Assembly (NCBI GenBank): GCA_003158475.1
Contig: PMJR01000029.1
Span: 1-63,844, forward strand
DNA length: 63,844 nucleotides
Reading direction: 5' to 3'
Source of the DNA: Ignavibacteriota bacterium
GTDB taxonomy: Bacteria > Bacteroidota > Ignavibacteria > UBA10030 > UBA6906
Shown here piece by piece: positions 1 through 11,211 of the stretch. The notes under the pieces were generated by a model, which was not told the DNA's origin, ran no database searches, and saw nothing but the letters and a program-made list of their open reading frames with translations. Within the stretch, counting starts at the first letter, position 1; each line of letters starts with the position of its first letter. The translations under genes and the position numbers were made by a program.

Positions 1-501
1 AAGCGGCATAATGAGGACAGGCGCGATGCGCACAAGGACGACCGAGATCAGTGTCAGTGCGACCCCCACGGGGAGCCACCAGAGGGCACCGAACCTCCCG
101 AGACAAAAATACAGGAAACAGAATACACCACCCGCCAGCGGCGCTCCCAGTGAGAATCCCTTGATCCTCTCCCACGCCCACTCTCCCGCCGTTTGATTCG
201 ACAGGGCGAACCGGTGTTCGAGGTGGAAACCGGAAAACCATGCGAGAGGAAGCGTTATGCCCGATCGGAAAACGCCGAGGGAACAGGCGAACAGGAGGAG
301 AGCCCCGTACGGATTCGGAAAGACCGACGAACACCATCCGGCGATGGACCGCCCGGCGGAAGTGGCGACAAGAGTGACGAGGAGTGCGAACGAGAAGAGG
401 GAGGAGGCGAGGCCGGCGGTGAGTTTGATGCGATTGTACGCTTTTGCGTCTTCCGTCCGCGGAGGTGAACTCCGCGGTAACGTCAGCCCTTCAGATACCA
501 T
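1..501 (-). CDS. M48-family (Ste24/HtpX-like) zinc metallopeptidase, N-terminal membrane part only; the gene continues past the left window edge
   Basis: Not in the ORF track because there is no stop in the window. Hand translation of the minus strand from the ATG at 501-499 stays open to position 1. It reads MVSEGLTLPRSSPPRTEDAKAYNRIKLTAGLASSLFSFALLV...WFSGFHLEHRFALSNQTAGEWAWERIKGFSLG... This shows hydrophobic helices plus the FxLExRFxxxxQT-type N-terminal motif of Ste24-like peptidases. The catalytic HExxH would lie outside the window. Confidence 0.55.
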   Translation of the reverse strand, partial: MVSEGLTLPRSSPPRTEDAKAYNRIKLTAGLASSLFSFALLVTLVATSAGRSIAGWCSSVFPNPYGALLLFACSLGVFRSGITLPLAWFSGFHLEHRFALSNQTAGEWAWERIKGFSLGAPLAGGVFCFLYFCLGRFGALWWLPVGVALTLISVVLVRIAPVLIMPL

Positions 502-708
502 GGCGCTGCGCGGCATCGGTTGTATGGGACGATCGGGTTTTCATAAAGTAGTTAGAAAAGGTTTGAGAATCAATCAATTCCCACGATTTGGAGGAATCCC
601 CAAATTCCCGTACCTTGGCTCGTTGTCGGCACGCCATCCGCCTCTCCGGCAGTTCATTCTGATCGCTCAGAGTCCGCGATGCTCATTGTCTCTTGAGGAG
701 ATCCCGCT

Positions 709-3021
709 ATGGCAATAATCCGCAAGCAAGATGCTCTTGACTATCACAGCCAGGGGCGCCGCGGAAAGATTGAAGTTGTCTCGACGAAACCCTGCGCAAC
801 CCAGCATGATCTTTCCCTGGCGTACACGCCCGGCGTTGCCATCCCCTGTCTGGAAATCGCCGCCAACCCGGCCGACGGATACAAATACACCGCGAAAGGG
901 AACCTGGTCGCGGTGGTGAGCAATGGCACAGCGGTGCTCGGGCTCGGCGATATCGGTCCCCTCGCCGGCAAACCTGTCATGGAAGGGAAAGGGGTCCTCT
1001 TCAAGAAGTTCGCGGACGTCGACGTGTTCGATATTGAGCTTGATACGAAGGATCCCGAGGAGATCATCCGGATCGTCCGCGCCCTTGAGCCGACATTCGG
1101 CGGGATCAACCTCGAGGACATCAAAGCCCCCGAGTGTTTCCATATAGAAGAAGAGCTGAAGAAGACGATGACCATCCCCGTGTTCCACGACGATCAGCAC
1201 GGGACGGCCATCATTTCCGGCGCGGGCCTGCTCAACGCGCTGGAAATCGTGGGGAAGAAGATCGACACCGTCAAGGTCGTCTTCAGCGGCGCCGGGGCCG
1301 CGGGGATCGCCTGTGCCAAGTTCTACATCACGCTGGGAGTCAGGCGGGAAAATCTGATTCTCTGTGACACGAAAGGTGTCGTCTATCGCGGCCGGAAGGA
1401 GGGGATGAACCCGTACAAGAGCTATTTCGCGATCGACACGGAATGCAGGACACTGGCGGATGCCATGAAAGGCGCCGATGTTTTTGCCGGTGTTTCTGTG
1501 AAGGGGGTCGTGACAAAGGACATGGTGCGGAGCATGGCGAAGGATCCCATCATCTTCGCGATGGCAAATCCCGATCCCGAGATCACCTTCGAAGACGCAG
1601 TCGGGGCACGGGAGGATGTCATCATGGCGACGGGAAGATCGGACTATCCGAACCAGATCAACAACGTCCTGGGATTTCCTTTCATATTCCGCGGCGCGCT
1701 CGACTGCATGGCGACCGCGATCAACGACGAGATGAAACTTGCCGCCTCGCATGCGCTCGCCCGGCTGGCCAAAGAAGACGTCCCCGATTCCGTCATCAAG
1801 GCATACGGAGGCGAACGCCTGAAATTCGGAAGGAACTACATCATTCCGAAGCCGCTCGATCCCCGCGTTCTTCTGTGGGAAGCTCCCGCCGTCGCGAAAG
1901 CCGCGATGCTCAGCGGGGTCGCACGGAAGCCGATCGAGGATCTCGACGCGTACCGCGACGCGCTGGAAAGCCGGTTCGGCCGGTCGAAACAGCTCATGCG
2001 GATATTCATACACCAGGCACAACGGGCTCCGAAGCGGATCGTGTTTCCCGAAGGGAGCGAAGACAAGATTCTGCGCGCAAGCCAGATCATCCTCGACGAG
2101 GAGATTGCGACGCCGATCGTCCTCGGCGACGTCGCGCTGATCCGCGAAAAAATCAAGATGCTCGACCTGAACCTGGAAGGGATTGAAATCATCGACCCGG
2201 TCACCAGCCCGAAGTTCGAGAGCTACGCGGGCACATACTACGATCTCCGCAAGCGGAAAGGGGTGACGCAGACGATCGCCCGCAACCACGTGCGCCGGCC
2301 GATCGACTTCGGCATGATGATGGTGCACGAGGGGGATGCCGACGGACTGGTTTCCGGGCTCACGCAACACTACCCGGAGACGTTGCGCCCCGCGCTTCAG
2401 ATCATCAAGCCGAAACCCGGCACGCAGACGGTGGCGGGGCTCTACATGCTGATATTCAAAAACGACGTCCGTTTCATCACGGATGCCACGGTGAATTTTG
2501 AGCCCACGGCGGAGCAGCTGGCCGACATCGCAATTCTTGCGGCGGAGATGGTCAGGAGCGTCGACATCGAGCCCCGGATCGCCATGTTGTCATTCAGCAA
2601 CTTTGGCAGCACCAGACATCCCTCGGCGCAGAAAATGGCCCGGGCAGCGGAGCTGGTCAAACGCCGTGCGCCCGACCTCATGGTCGATGGCGAGATGATG
2701 GCAGACACCGCGGTGGTTCCCGAGATCCTTGAAACACTGTATTCGTTCAGCTCGCTGAAGGGGGGAGCGAACCTGCTGGTCTGCCCGGATCTGCAATCGG
2801 CCAATATTGCGGTCAAGCTTCTTGCGAAGCTCGGAAACGCAGACTGTGTCGGTCCCATCATACTCGGCATCCGGAAGCCCGTCTATCTCCTGATCCCGGG
2901 GAATGAGGTCGCTGATATCGTGAACGTCACGGCGATGGCGGTCCGGGACGCGCAGGAAAACGGGGACGGCCACGGGACGCCGGCCGCGCCCCCGGCTGAA
3001 CTGAAAACGGTCTACGAATAA
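709..3021 (+). CDS. maeB: NADP-dependent malic enzyme (malic enzyme domains plus C-terminal phosphotransacetylase-like domain)
   Basis: 770-aa ORF. N-terminus is [15 protein letters not shown]...[10 protein letters not shown]. Rossmann motif [11 protein letters not shown] is present. The C-terminal ~330 aa is PTA-like ([11 protein letters not shown]). Length and architecture are typical of MaeB. Confidence 0.9.
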   Translation: MAIIRKQDALDYHSQGRRGKIEVVSTKPCATQHDLSLAYTPGVAIPCLEIAANPADGYKYTAKGNLVAVVSNGTAVLGLGDIGPLAGKPVMEGKGVLFKKFADVDVFDIELDTKDPEEIIRIVRALEPTFGGINLEDIKAPECFHIEEELKKTMTIPVFHDDQHGTAIISGAGLLNALEIVGKKIDTVKVVFSGAGAAGIACAKFYITLGVRRENLILCDTKGVVYRGRKEGMNPYKSYFAIDTECRTLADAMKGADVFAGVSVKGVVTKDMVRSMAKDPIIFAMANPDPEITFEDAVGAREDVIMATGRSDYPNQINNVLGFPFIFRGALDCMATAINDEMKLAASHALARLAKEDVPDSVIKAYGGERLKFGRNYIIPKPLDPRVLLWEAPAVAKAAMLSGVARKPIEDLDAYRDALESRFGRSKQLMRIFIHQAQRAPKRIVFPEGSEDKILRASQIILDEEIATPIVLGDVALIREKIKMLDLNLEGIEIIDPVTSPKFESYAGTYYDLRKRKGVTQTIARNHVRRPIDFGMMMVHEGDADGLVSGLTQHYPETLRPALQIIKPKPGTQTVAGLYMLIFKNDVRFITDATVNFEPTAEQLADIAILAAEMVRSVDIEPRIAMLSFSNFGSTRHPSAQKMARAAELVKRRAPDLMVDGEMMADTAVVPEILETLYSFSSLKGGANLLVCPDLQSANIAVKLLAKLGNADCVGPIILGIRKPVYLLIPGNEVADIVNVTAMAVRDAQENGDGHGTPAAPPAELKTVYE

Positions 3022-3056
3022 CCGGCCCCTGTCCCCCCCCGGAGGACGGCGGTCCT

Positions 3057-5527
<2,471 letters not shown>

Positions 5528-5597
5528 CTATGAATGTGAAATGTATACTTCTTGAGAAACTCGTTCCCCCGATCCTGCCCCCGGGGGGTTCGGGGAC

Positions 5598-5633
5598 GAA
5601 AAAAGCCTGACGCTAAACAGGCAGCACCAGGCT
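5598..5633 (-). terminator. Intrinsic terminator (attenuator 2) in the metY leader
   Basis: Minus-strand RNA: AGCCTG(5633-5628)...CAGGCT(5609-5604) stem, extendable by GCTG/TAGC with one G.U pair. It is followed by TTTTTT (5604-5599), about 85 nt upstream of the metY ATG. Confidence 0.55.
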
Positions 5634-5635
5634 CT

Positions 5636-5684
5636 CCTTTTTAGCAGTTTTTTGAGTGGCTGCAATACGGTGCAAATCCCACTG
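5636..5684 (-). ncRNA. Leader motif copy 3 (hairpin plus A-rich linker plus TGCTAAA; H-type pseudoknot candidate)
   Basis: Minus strand: GTGG-gatttgcaccgtaTTGCAG-CCAC-tcaaaaaac-TGCTAAAAA. The 3' TGC(T)AA can pair with TTGCA at the 3' end of the hairpin loop. Confidence 0.35.
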
Positions 5685-5745
5685 ATGCCGTGTACACGGC
5701 AGCAATCACTGGTGTTGCAACGGGGAGCTGAGGTTGCTCGCCTTC

Positions 5746-5779
5746 AATAAAACACAAAACCCCCACCAAACGGTGAGGG
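5746..5779 (-). terminator. Intrinsic terminator (attenuator 1) in the metY leader
   Basis: Minus-strand RNA: CCCTCACC-GTTT-GGTGGGGG (8 bp, one G.U) followed by TTTTGTGTTTTATT. On the plus strand the same position would be a C.A mismatch, which favours minus-strand function. Confidence 0.6.
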
Positions 5780-5808
5780 TTCCCGGACACGAACTCTTCT
5801 CATTCGGC

Positions 5809-5860
5809 GCTTTAGCAAATTATTTTCTGTCGCTGCAAGTTGCCCTTAACTTGCGACAGC
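5809..5860 (-). ncRNA. Leader motif copy 2 (hairpin plus A-rich linker plus TGCTAAAG)
   Basis: Minus strand: CTGTCGC-aagttaagggcaacTTGCA-GCGACAG-aaaataatt-TGCTAAAG. Same architecture as copies 1 and 3. Confidence 0.35.
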
Positions 5861-5908
5861 TCTTTAGCATTTGTTTAAGGTCGCTGCAATTCGGCGTAAA
5901 TTACGACC
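5861..5908 (-). ncRNA. Leader motif copy 1 (hairpin plus A-rich linker plus TGCTAAAG), starting at the predicted transcription start
   Basis: Minus strand: GGTCG-taatttacgccgaaTTGCAG-CGACC-ttaaacaaa-TGCTAAAG. Confidence 0.35.
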
Positions 5909-5915
5909 ATGGTTC

Positions 5916-5944
5916 AATATACTAGATCGGAGGCCGCTTGTCAA
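5916..5944 (-). promoter_or_regulatory. Sigma-70-type promoter of the metY-metX operon
   Basis: Minus strand: TTGACA (5944-5939), 17-nt spacer, TATATT (5921-5916). Motif copy 1 begins about 7 nt downstream of the -10 box. Confidence 0.6.
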
Positions 5945-5981
5945 GCGAGAAATTGTTTTTTTCTGTCATTTGCCGCACAAG

Positions 5982-6641
5982 CTACTCCTTCTTGAGCAAC
6001 CCTTTAAGGAATGCTGCAGAATCGTGAATGGACTCTTCGCTGATCTGGTGCCCCATATCATATTCCCGGTACTCAACACGTGCAGTCGACGCCTCGAAAA
6101 GCCGCTTTGCCCGGCGAGCAAAATCGACGGGGATCACCAGGTCCTGGCTGCCGTGACCGATGAAGTAGGCGAGATTTCCGAGATCCTGCCAGCGGAATGA
6201 GAGATGCGTCCCCTCGGGGACATAGCCGCTGTTTGCGATCACCCCCCGGAAGAGTTCCGGGCGTGTCAGTGAAAGTGCGAACGCCATGACGGTCCCCATG
6301 CTGAACCCGAGCAGATACACGTGCGACGGGTCCACGGGATACTCCCGGAGAGCATCGTCGATGAACCGTGAAAGCCTGTCGTAGCTCTGCCGGAACATAG
6401 GCGGATCCGGAGTTCCGACCGCCCCCACGTCGTACCACGTATACCCCCCGCCGGGCGCGAACGGGTACGGGGCGCGGACACTCAGGACGAGCAACCGGGG
6501 ATCGTAGTGCTCCGCGAGCCCGATCAGGTCCTCTTCGTCCGCCCCGCGCCCGTGGAGCATGATCAGGGTCGGGTGCGTCGCCGCATGGGCCGCTTCGGGG
6601 AGGAGCACTCTGTGTTCAAGTGTCGTCGGGATCTCAGTCAT
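5982..6641 (-). CDS. Alpha/beta-hydrolase, phospholipase/carboxylesterase family
   Basis: 219 aa. Motifs: HGRGADEEDL, nucleophile elbow GFSMGTVMA, and HGSQDLVIP...MGHQIS (Asp/His of the triad). Confidence 0.8.
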   Translation of the reverse strand: MTEIPTTLEHRVLLPEAAHAATHPTLIMLHGRGADEEDLIGLAEHYDPRLLVLSVRAPYPFAPGGGYTWYDVGAVGTPDPPMFRQSYDRLSRFIDDALREYPVDPSHVYLLGFSMGTVMAFALSLTRPELFRGVIANSGYVPEGTHLSFRWQDLGNLAYFIGHGSQDLVIPVDFARRAKRLFEASTARVEYREYDMGHQISEESIHDSAAFLKGLLKKE

Positions 6642-6679
6642 GCATTTTCCGTCGGATGTCTGGAATTGAGGATGGCCTG

Positions 6680-7222
6680 CTAGAACAGAAATGCATACAC
6701 CTCATAGTCCTCCTGGCTGTAGACGACGAACCTGACCTCCTCGAGAGGAGAATCATTCTTCAGGAAACCGGAGACCGTGTCGAAAGCAATGCGCGAAGCC
6801 CGGTCGATGGGAAACCCGTACGCGCCGGTCGATATGGAGGGGAAAGCGATAGTGCGGATGTGATGCGCGGCCGCAAGGATGAGGCTGTTCCGGTAGGCGT
6901 TCCCGAGCAACTCGTCCTCGCCCCTTCCCCCCCCGTGCCACACCGGACCGACGGTGTGTATGACGAACCGGGCCTTCAGATTCCCGCCGCCGGTGATCAC
7001 CGACTCCCCCGCGGGACATTCTCCCCTCTGTTCGCGGAACTTCCTGCATTCCTCGAGTATGCTGGGGCCCCCGGCGCGGTGGATCGCGCCGTCCACACCG
7101 CCCCCACCGAGAAGGGTTGAATTTGCAGCGTTCACAATTGCCTCGGTATCCTGTTCGGTGATATCCCCGCGGCAAAGCGTAAGTGTCGCAGAAGATACCT
7201 GGCGGTGTAGGCTCATGCTCAA
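6680..7222 (-). CDS. Macro-domain protein (O-acetyl-ADP-ribose deacetylase / ADP-ribose-binding, YmdB-like)
   Basis: 180 aa. Motifs: [34 protein letters not shown] and [15 protein letters not shown]-type RBS upstream. Confidence 0.85.
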   Translation of the reverse strand: MSMSLHRQVSSATLTLCRGDITEQDTEAIVNAANSTLLGGGGVDGAIHRAGGPSILEECRKFREQRGECPAGESVITGGGNLKARFVIHTVGPVWHGGGRGEDELLGNAYRNSLILAAAHHIRTIAFPSISTGAYGFPIDRASRIAFDTVSGFLKNDSPLEEVRFVVYSQEDYEVYAFLF

Positions 7223-7409
7223 TCCTCCGGACGTTTCCCCGACGGAGCAATCGTGACAAGGCGCCGCACGAATCGCGGGACCGGCCGGGCCAATCCCTTG
7301 TCATCGCCCCGGGAGGCGAACGTCTGCGTGCTCATTCCTTCAGGTAGCGTGCGAGCCAGTCGAACACGGTCGCATGCCACAGCTCGGTTGGGTCTCGTTT
7401 TCCGTCACG

Positions 7410-7952
7410 TCACTGTCTGTTGAAATTCTTCCACATCATCGACTCCACCGGCTTCTCCGTCCGCTGCGTGTACTTCGCAGAGGCTTTGGTGTCGTACGGA
7501 GTTCCGATCTCTCCCGAGATCTCGAAGTAAATCAGTTGGCCTATCGGCATGCTGTGATAGACCCTGACGGGTTGCTTCACCGAGATCTCCAGCGTCCATG
7601 TGTTGCAGAAGCCGATATCCCCTTTTCCCGCCGTGGCATGGATATCGATCCCCAGCCTCCCGATGCTGCTCTTTCCTTCCAGGAACGGGACATGCCGGTG
7701 CGTCTCGGTATACTCGACGGTCACCCCCAGGTAGAGCCGGTGGGGGAGGAGTATGAGGCCGTCGTCGGGGATATGAAAATGATCGATCTCGTTGTGTACC
7801 TTTGCATCCAGGATATCGCTCCGGTAAACCGCCAGATGCTTTGCGAGGTGCACATCATAGGAATTCGACCCGAGGTGTTTCCTGTCGAAAGGGGAGATGA
7901 CGATCGTCCCTTTTGCCATCTCGGCGAGTATTGATGTATCCGTCAGTATCAT
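7410..7952 (-). CDS. dcd: dCTP deaminase
   Basis: 180 aa, housekeeping-size Dcd. Motifs: MILTDTSILAEM...ISPF...LGSNSYDVHL and SSIGRLGIDIHATAG. Confidence 0.9.
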   Translation of the reverse strand: MILTDTSILAEMAKGTIVISPFDRKHLGSNSYDVHLAKHLAVYRSDILDAKVHNEIDHFHIPDDGLILLPHRLYLGVTVEYTETHRHVPFLEGKSSIGRLGIDIHATAGKGDIGFCNTWTLEISVKQPVRVYHSMPIGQLIYFEISGEIGTPYDTKASAKYTQRTEKPVESMMWKNFNRQ

Positions 7953-8028
7953 GGTGCTGGAGACGTGTGGGAAGGGAAGTCCTCCAATGTAGAAAAATCG
8001 GCAGGAAAATCAAAGATAGATCAGTTGG

Positions 8029-8050
8029 ATATAGGTATCCATATAGGTAT
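8029..8050. repeat. Tandem 10-nt direct repeat ATATAGGTAT-cc-ATATAGGTAT
   Basis: Exact 10-mer at 8029-8038 and 8041-8050 (12-nt phase), 77-98 nt upstream of the dcd start in a 429-bp AT-richer gap. Confidence 0.7.
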
Positions 8051-8381
8051 GCAGCCTCCATCTCCAGTGTCTTCCTACAGTCCTGCTCTTCCTCAAATCC
8101 TATAGTTCACCGTGAAGATCTTTTTCCAGCACAAACGAGCTCGCGAACGCTCTCTCGAATGATCTGCTCCTGTGCTTCGCCCAATTCGTCCATCTCACCT
8201 CGCGCCAGCGTCCGTTGTTCCTGGTGGGGCTGCAAGGGTCTGAGGACCTACAGCCGATTTCGGATTCCGAAACGCTGAGTAAGAAATGTCAGCTGAGACT
8301 AAGAAGCTGGCAACAACCCTTACCAATTGATCGCTACGAACGGTAGCTGCGTGCGCCAAAGGCTGAACAGATTAGCCTGTC

Positions 8382-11048
8382 CTAGAAATTCACCTCCATC
8401 CCCAGCCTTACAGACATCGGTGGCTGGAACAACTGGGGCGTACCATAGGTCGGACTGGGATCCACCGGATTGCCGTTTGCATCCGTATTCAGATATTGTA
8501 GTTCGTCCTGTTTGACCACCTGGCGCTGGCTTGCGAGGTGAAAGACATCGAGGATTAGGCGTGGCTTCAAAAGGGTATCATTCCAGAATGAAGGACTATA
8601 TGCGAACCGGAGATTAAAATCCCAAGGTGAAGGTAATCTTCCCGCGCTTCCTCGTTGCACGAGGTTTAATACCCAGTTCATTCCGCCGCCGCGCGTTCCC
8701 GCGTACTCGCTCAAAGGAGTTCCACTCTCCCAGAGAAACGATGTTGCGCACGTCAGCCCAAAGTCGAAACGATAGGCTGCATTAAGTTTGAAAATATGAG
8801 TCCGGTCGTTTGGTAGAAGGCCTGTGGCATTCCCGTTGTACAGATCAAGATAATCAAATTGGGGACTGGCGTTCGGCGCTGATGCACCTAACTCCTGAAG
8901 ATAGAATCCATAATAGTTCCCATAGGTCCGTGACAGGACATACGAGGCGAGAAGACTGAACCGGCTCCCCCAGCCCTTCTCTAGTGTCACCTCAAGAGCC
9001 GTATAGTCGCGCCGGGGATGCGGATACGCACTCAAGACTCCTTCTCCGGGATTGCCATAATAGAACTGGCCCGATCCGACGGGCGCTTCAGCATCGTCAA
9101 TGACCTCTCTCAACGTTCGATACGTGCCCTTCATGGTAACCTTCAAATCATCGGCGAGAAGCTGCTCATAGCCGAGTGTGATTTCATCGTAGTACTGGCC
9201 GTACAAATCCTGAATTCCGGGCTTCACAGTTGAGGGAAAATACCCTAGCGTATCTCCACCGGCCGGATTGACCCGGGGATCATGGTTAAACTGTCTCAAC
9301 ACTTGATAAGCGTCTGCTATGTGATAGAAGGTTGATCCATAGAGCAGGAGGTCCTCGGTGTAGCGACCGATAGATGCAAAGATTTTGTGTGATTCATCGT
9401 TACCCGGCAGGAACACAACACCTAGCCTCGGTTGAAACTGGTGAAGCACGCGTGTTACTAGGTCACCATTGGAGGCGATGATGAACAACCCATCCCAACG
9501 CAACCCTCCGGTGATGCGAAGGTGACTGTTCACTGACCATGAATCCTGGACGAACACAGACGGGACGTGATTCCGGATCTCGCCATTCGAGTAGGTGTGG
9601 GCAGCGATGAAGGTTGTATCATCTAACTTGCTTAATTGGTCCCAGGTAAGCTGGTTATCCAGGACTGTTTGTCGGTATTCAACGCCGGCTTTCAGGATGT
9701 GTTCTCCGAACAGCGCAGTGCCTGAGAGCTTGACATCCAGGCTAGATGCTTTCACATCCGACTTTTGACCCGTTCCTCCCGACACCGTTCCGGTCAATCC
9801 GTCATAGAAATAGACCTCTGTTGCACCTACTTGCGTCATCGGCTCGTGTTTCTGTTCGCGCGTAGTCCATGAGAATGACCCTTGAAGGATGAGATTCTGA
9901 TTTGCCACCTGCCGCGCGTCGATCATGATATTGTTTCCGCCCGCTGTGTAATTTTCCAGATACGGGTCGGGATTGGCCACGTTCAATGCTGTGACGGCAT
10001 TTGCTGACTTCCCCACTGCCTGTTCAGTTGTGGGATCCCCGAGGATTGTTGCGGTTATGTCGAGCGCATCAGATGCTTTCCAGGAGAGTTTGCCTGCAAA
10101 AGACTGTGTCCTCAACTTATCGGGATAATACCCCAGTCCAGGAATTCTGATATCCTCGTTGTAATACGAGGGGTTGAATGCGCCGAAAAACCAGAGTTTG
10201 TCAATCAGTATCGGTCCCCCGAGTGCGACACCGTAATCATACTGATCATAGGAACCATTGGGAGCTTGACTTGGCGCCAGCCGTTGTTCCCCCGTGAAAG
10301 TAGTATTTGTGGTAAATCCGAACACCTGACCCGAGAACTTATTGCCCCCCGAATAGGTGATGACATTAGTTATACCGCCGAGAGAGCTTCTGTATTCCGG
10401 CTCGAAGCCGCCGGTTTTGACCTCAATCTCACGCATGAAATTGTAGGGGAGGTTTGTTCCGCCCACACCAATGTACATATCAGTTACGTCGTTCCCATTG
10501 ATGAAATACCGGTTCTCCGAGCCGGTCGCACCGGCTATGTTGACTTCATCACCGTAGTAGCTTTGATTGGCGTCAGGCAATATCGAAGCGATGCTCCGGT
10601 AGTTCCGGTTGAGGGGAAGAACATCGAACTTCTCAAGAGGGAGACTTGCACCGCTCGTAGCAGACGTGGGATCCAGGAGCGGCCGTTCTCCCAAAACGAC
10701 GACTTCACCCATCTCAACGCTGCTCTGCTGCAACTTCACCTCCGGAAGCGTCGTGGTTTTACCGAGCCAGATGTGCACGTTCTCAAAAGTTGTGGACTGG
10801 TATGAGACGTGCCGGACTTTGACTGTGTACTTGCCGCTTGGAAGAGCAAGCAGCCGGAAGAACCCCCACTCGTCCGTGGAGATGCCACGGATCCCTTGAA
10901 GATCAGATGAGTTCACGGTTATGTTCGCACCAACAATGGCCGAACCATCTGCATCACGAATCCAACCTTCGAGGTTTCCAGTAGTGCTCTGCGCAAGGAT
11001 ACTGGGGGGAACAAAAAGCAGAAGAAGGACTGCGGCGGCACGTCTCAC
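8382..11048 (-). CDS. Oar-like TonB-dependent receptor (CarboxypepD_reg domain, plug, beta-barrel)
   Basis: 888 aa, GTG start with GGAGGT RBS. Signal peptide MRRAAAVLLLLFVPPSILAQ. CarboxypepD_reg domain: GNLEGWIRDADGSAIVGANITV...GKYTVKVRHVSYQ. Plug region is present. The long beta-rich C-terminus ends in an aromatic residue (MEVNF). Confidence 0.8.
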   Translation of the reverse strand: MRRAAAVLLLLFVPPSILAQSTTGNLEGWIRDADGSAIVGANITVNSSDLQGIRGISTDEWGFFRLLALPSGKYTVKVRHVSYQSTTFENVHIWLGKTTTLPEVKLQQSSVEMGEVVVLGERPLLDPTSATSGASLPLEKFDVLPLNRNYRSIASILPDANQSYYGDEVNIAGATGSENRYFINGNDVTDMYIGVGGTNLPYNFMREIEVKTGGFEPEYRSSLGGITNVITYSGGNKFSGQVFGFTTNTTFTGEQRLAPSQAPNGSYDQYDYGVALGGPILIDKLWFFGAFNPSYYNEDIRIPGLGYYPDKLRTQSFAGKLSWKASDALDITATILGDPTTEQAVGKSANAVTALNVANPDPYLENYTAGGNNIMIDARQVANQNLILQGSFSWTTREQKHEPMTQVGATEVYFYDGLTGTVSGGTGQKSDVKASSLDVKLSGTALFGEHILKAGVEYRQTVLDNQLTWDQLSKLDDTTFIAAHTYSNGEIRNHVPSVFVQDSWSVNSHLRITGGLRWDGLFIIASNGDLVTRVLHQFQPRLGVVFLPGNDESHKIFASIGRYTEDLLLYGSTFYHIADAYQVLRQFNHDPRVNPAGGDTLGYFPSTVKPGIQDLYGQYYDEITLGYEQLLADDLKVTMKGTYRTLREVIDDAEAPVGSGQFYYGNPGEGVLSAYPHPRRDYTALEVTLEKGWGSRFSLLASYVLSRTYGNYYGFYLQELGASAPNASPQFDYLDLYNGNATGLLPNDRTHIFKLNAAYRFDFGLTCATSFLWESGTPLSEYAGTRGGGMNWVLNLVQRGSAGRLPSPWDFNLRFAYSPSFWNDTLLKPRLILDVFHLASQRQVVKQDELQYLNTDANGNPVDPSPTYGTPQLFQPPMSVRLGMEVNF

Positions 11049-11211
11049 GGAACACCTCCATTCACAAGTAATTGAAGGGATTCATTCGAATCTCTACCCA
11101 CTGCTTGAGAAAGACTGCCTATTCGTCTTTGCCAGCTGTTAAATGTCCCCAGTTTCAGAAGTGAATTGCTGCTTGTCGCAGCCTGCTCTGCGCTTCGTGA
11201 AACGCTACTTG

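Noticed and set aside
667-2370. 567-aa minus-strand ORF, and similar long ORFs at 28776-29699, 29829-31364, 44628-45962, 47508-48656, 57731-58783 and 62154-63215
   Set aside because: All are antisense shadows of confidently identified genes (maeB, the 1314-aa gene, typA, the outer-membrane protein, the ABC accessory gene, the M1 peptidase). Their composition is R/P/H/G-rich and non-protein-like.
5651-5678. Sigma-54-like TGGC...TGCA on the plus strand
   Set aside because: The GG-to-GC spacing is 14 nt rather than 12, and there is no plus-strand gene downstream. The bases are better explained as part of leader motif copy 3 on the minus strand.
5590-5910. Assignment of the metY leader to the SAM-I (S-box) class
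   Set aside because: I could not find the conserved S-box core (for example the GAGGGA...GCAACC four-way-junction signature). The motif is a small hairpin/pseudoknot instead, so the class is left unassigned.
7335-7409. 25 codons in frame after the dcd TGA (RDGKRDPTELWHATVFDWLARYLKE*), resembling the C-terminal tail of an alpha/beta-hydrolase; possible read-through or gene remnant
   Set aside because: It is too short to support homology. There is no recoding signal, and Dcd is full length without it. It is most likely a coincidence or an unprovable relic.
6680-7952. Macro-domain protein plus dCTP deaminase as an anti-phage (nucleotide-depletion / ADP-ribose) module
   Set aside because: The Dcd is a standard 180-aa housekeeping enzyme without the extra domains of defensive deaminases. 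The macro protein is a plain YmdB-like single domain. No other defence hallmarks are nearby.
8090-8215. Small minus-strand ORF (about 42 codons from a TTG; ...MDELGEAQEQIIRESVRELVCAGKRSSR) in the 429-bp gap
   Set aside because: It has no RBS, no recognisable family and a weak start codon. It cannot be supported from sequence alone.
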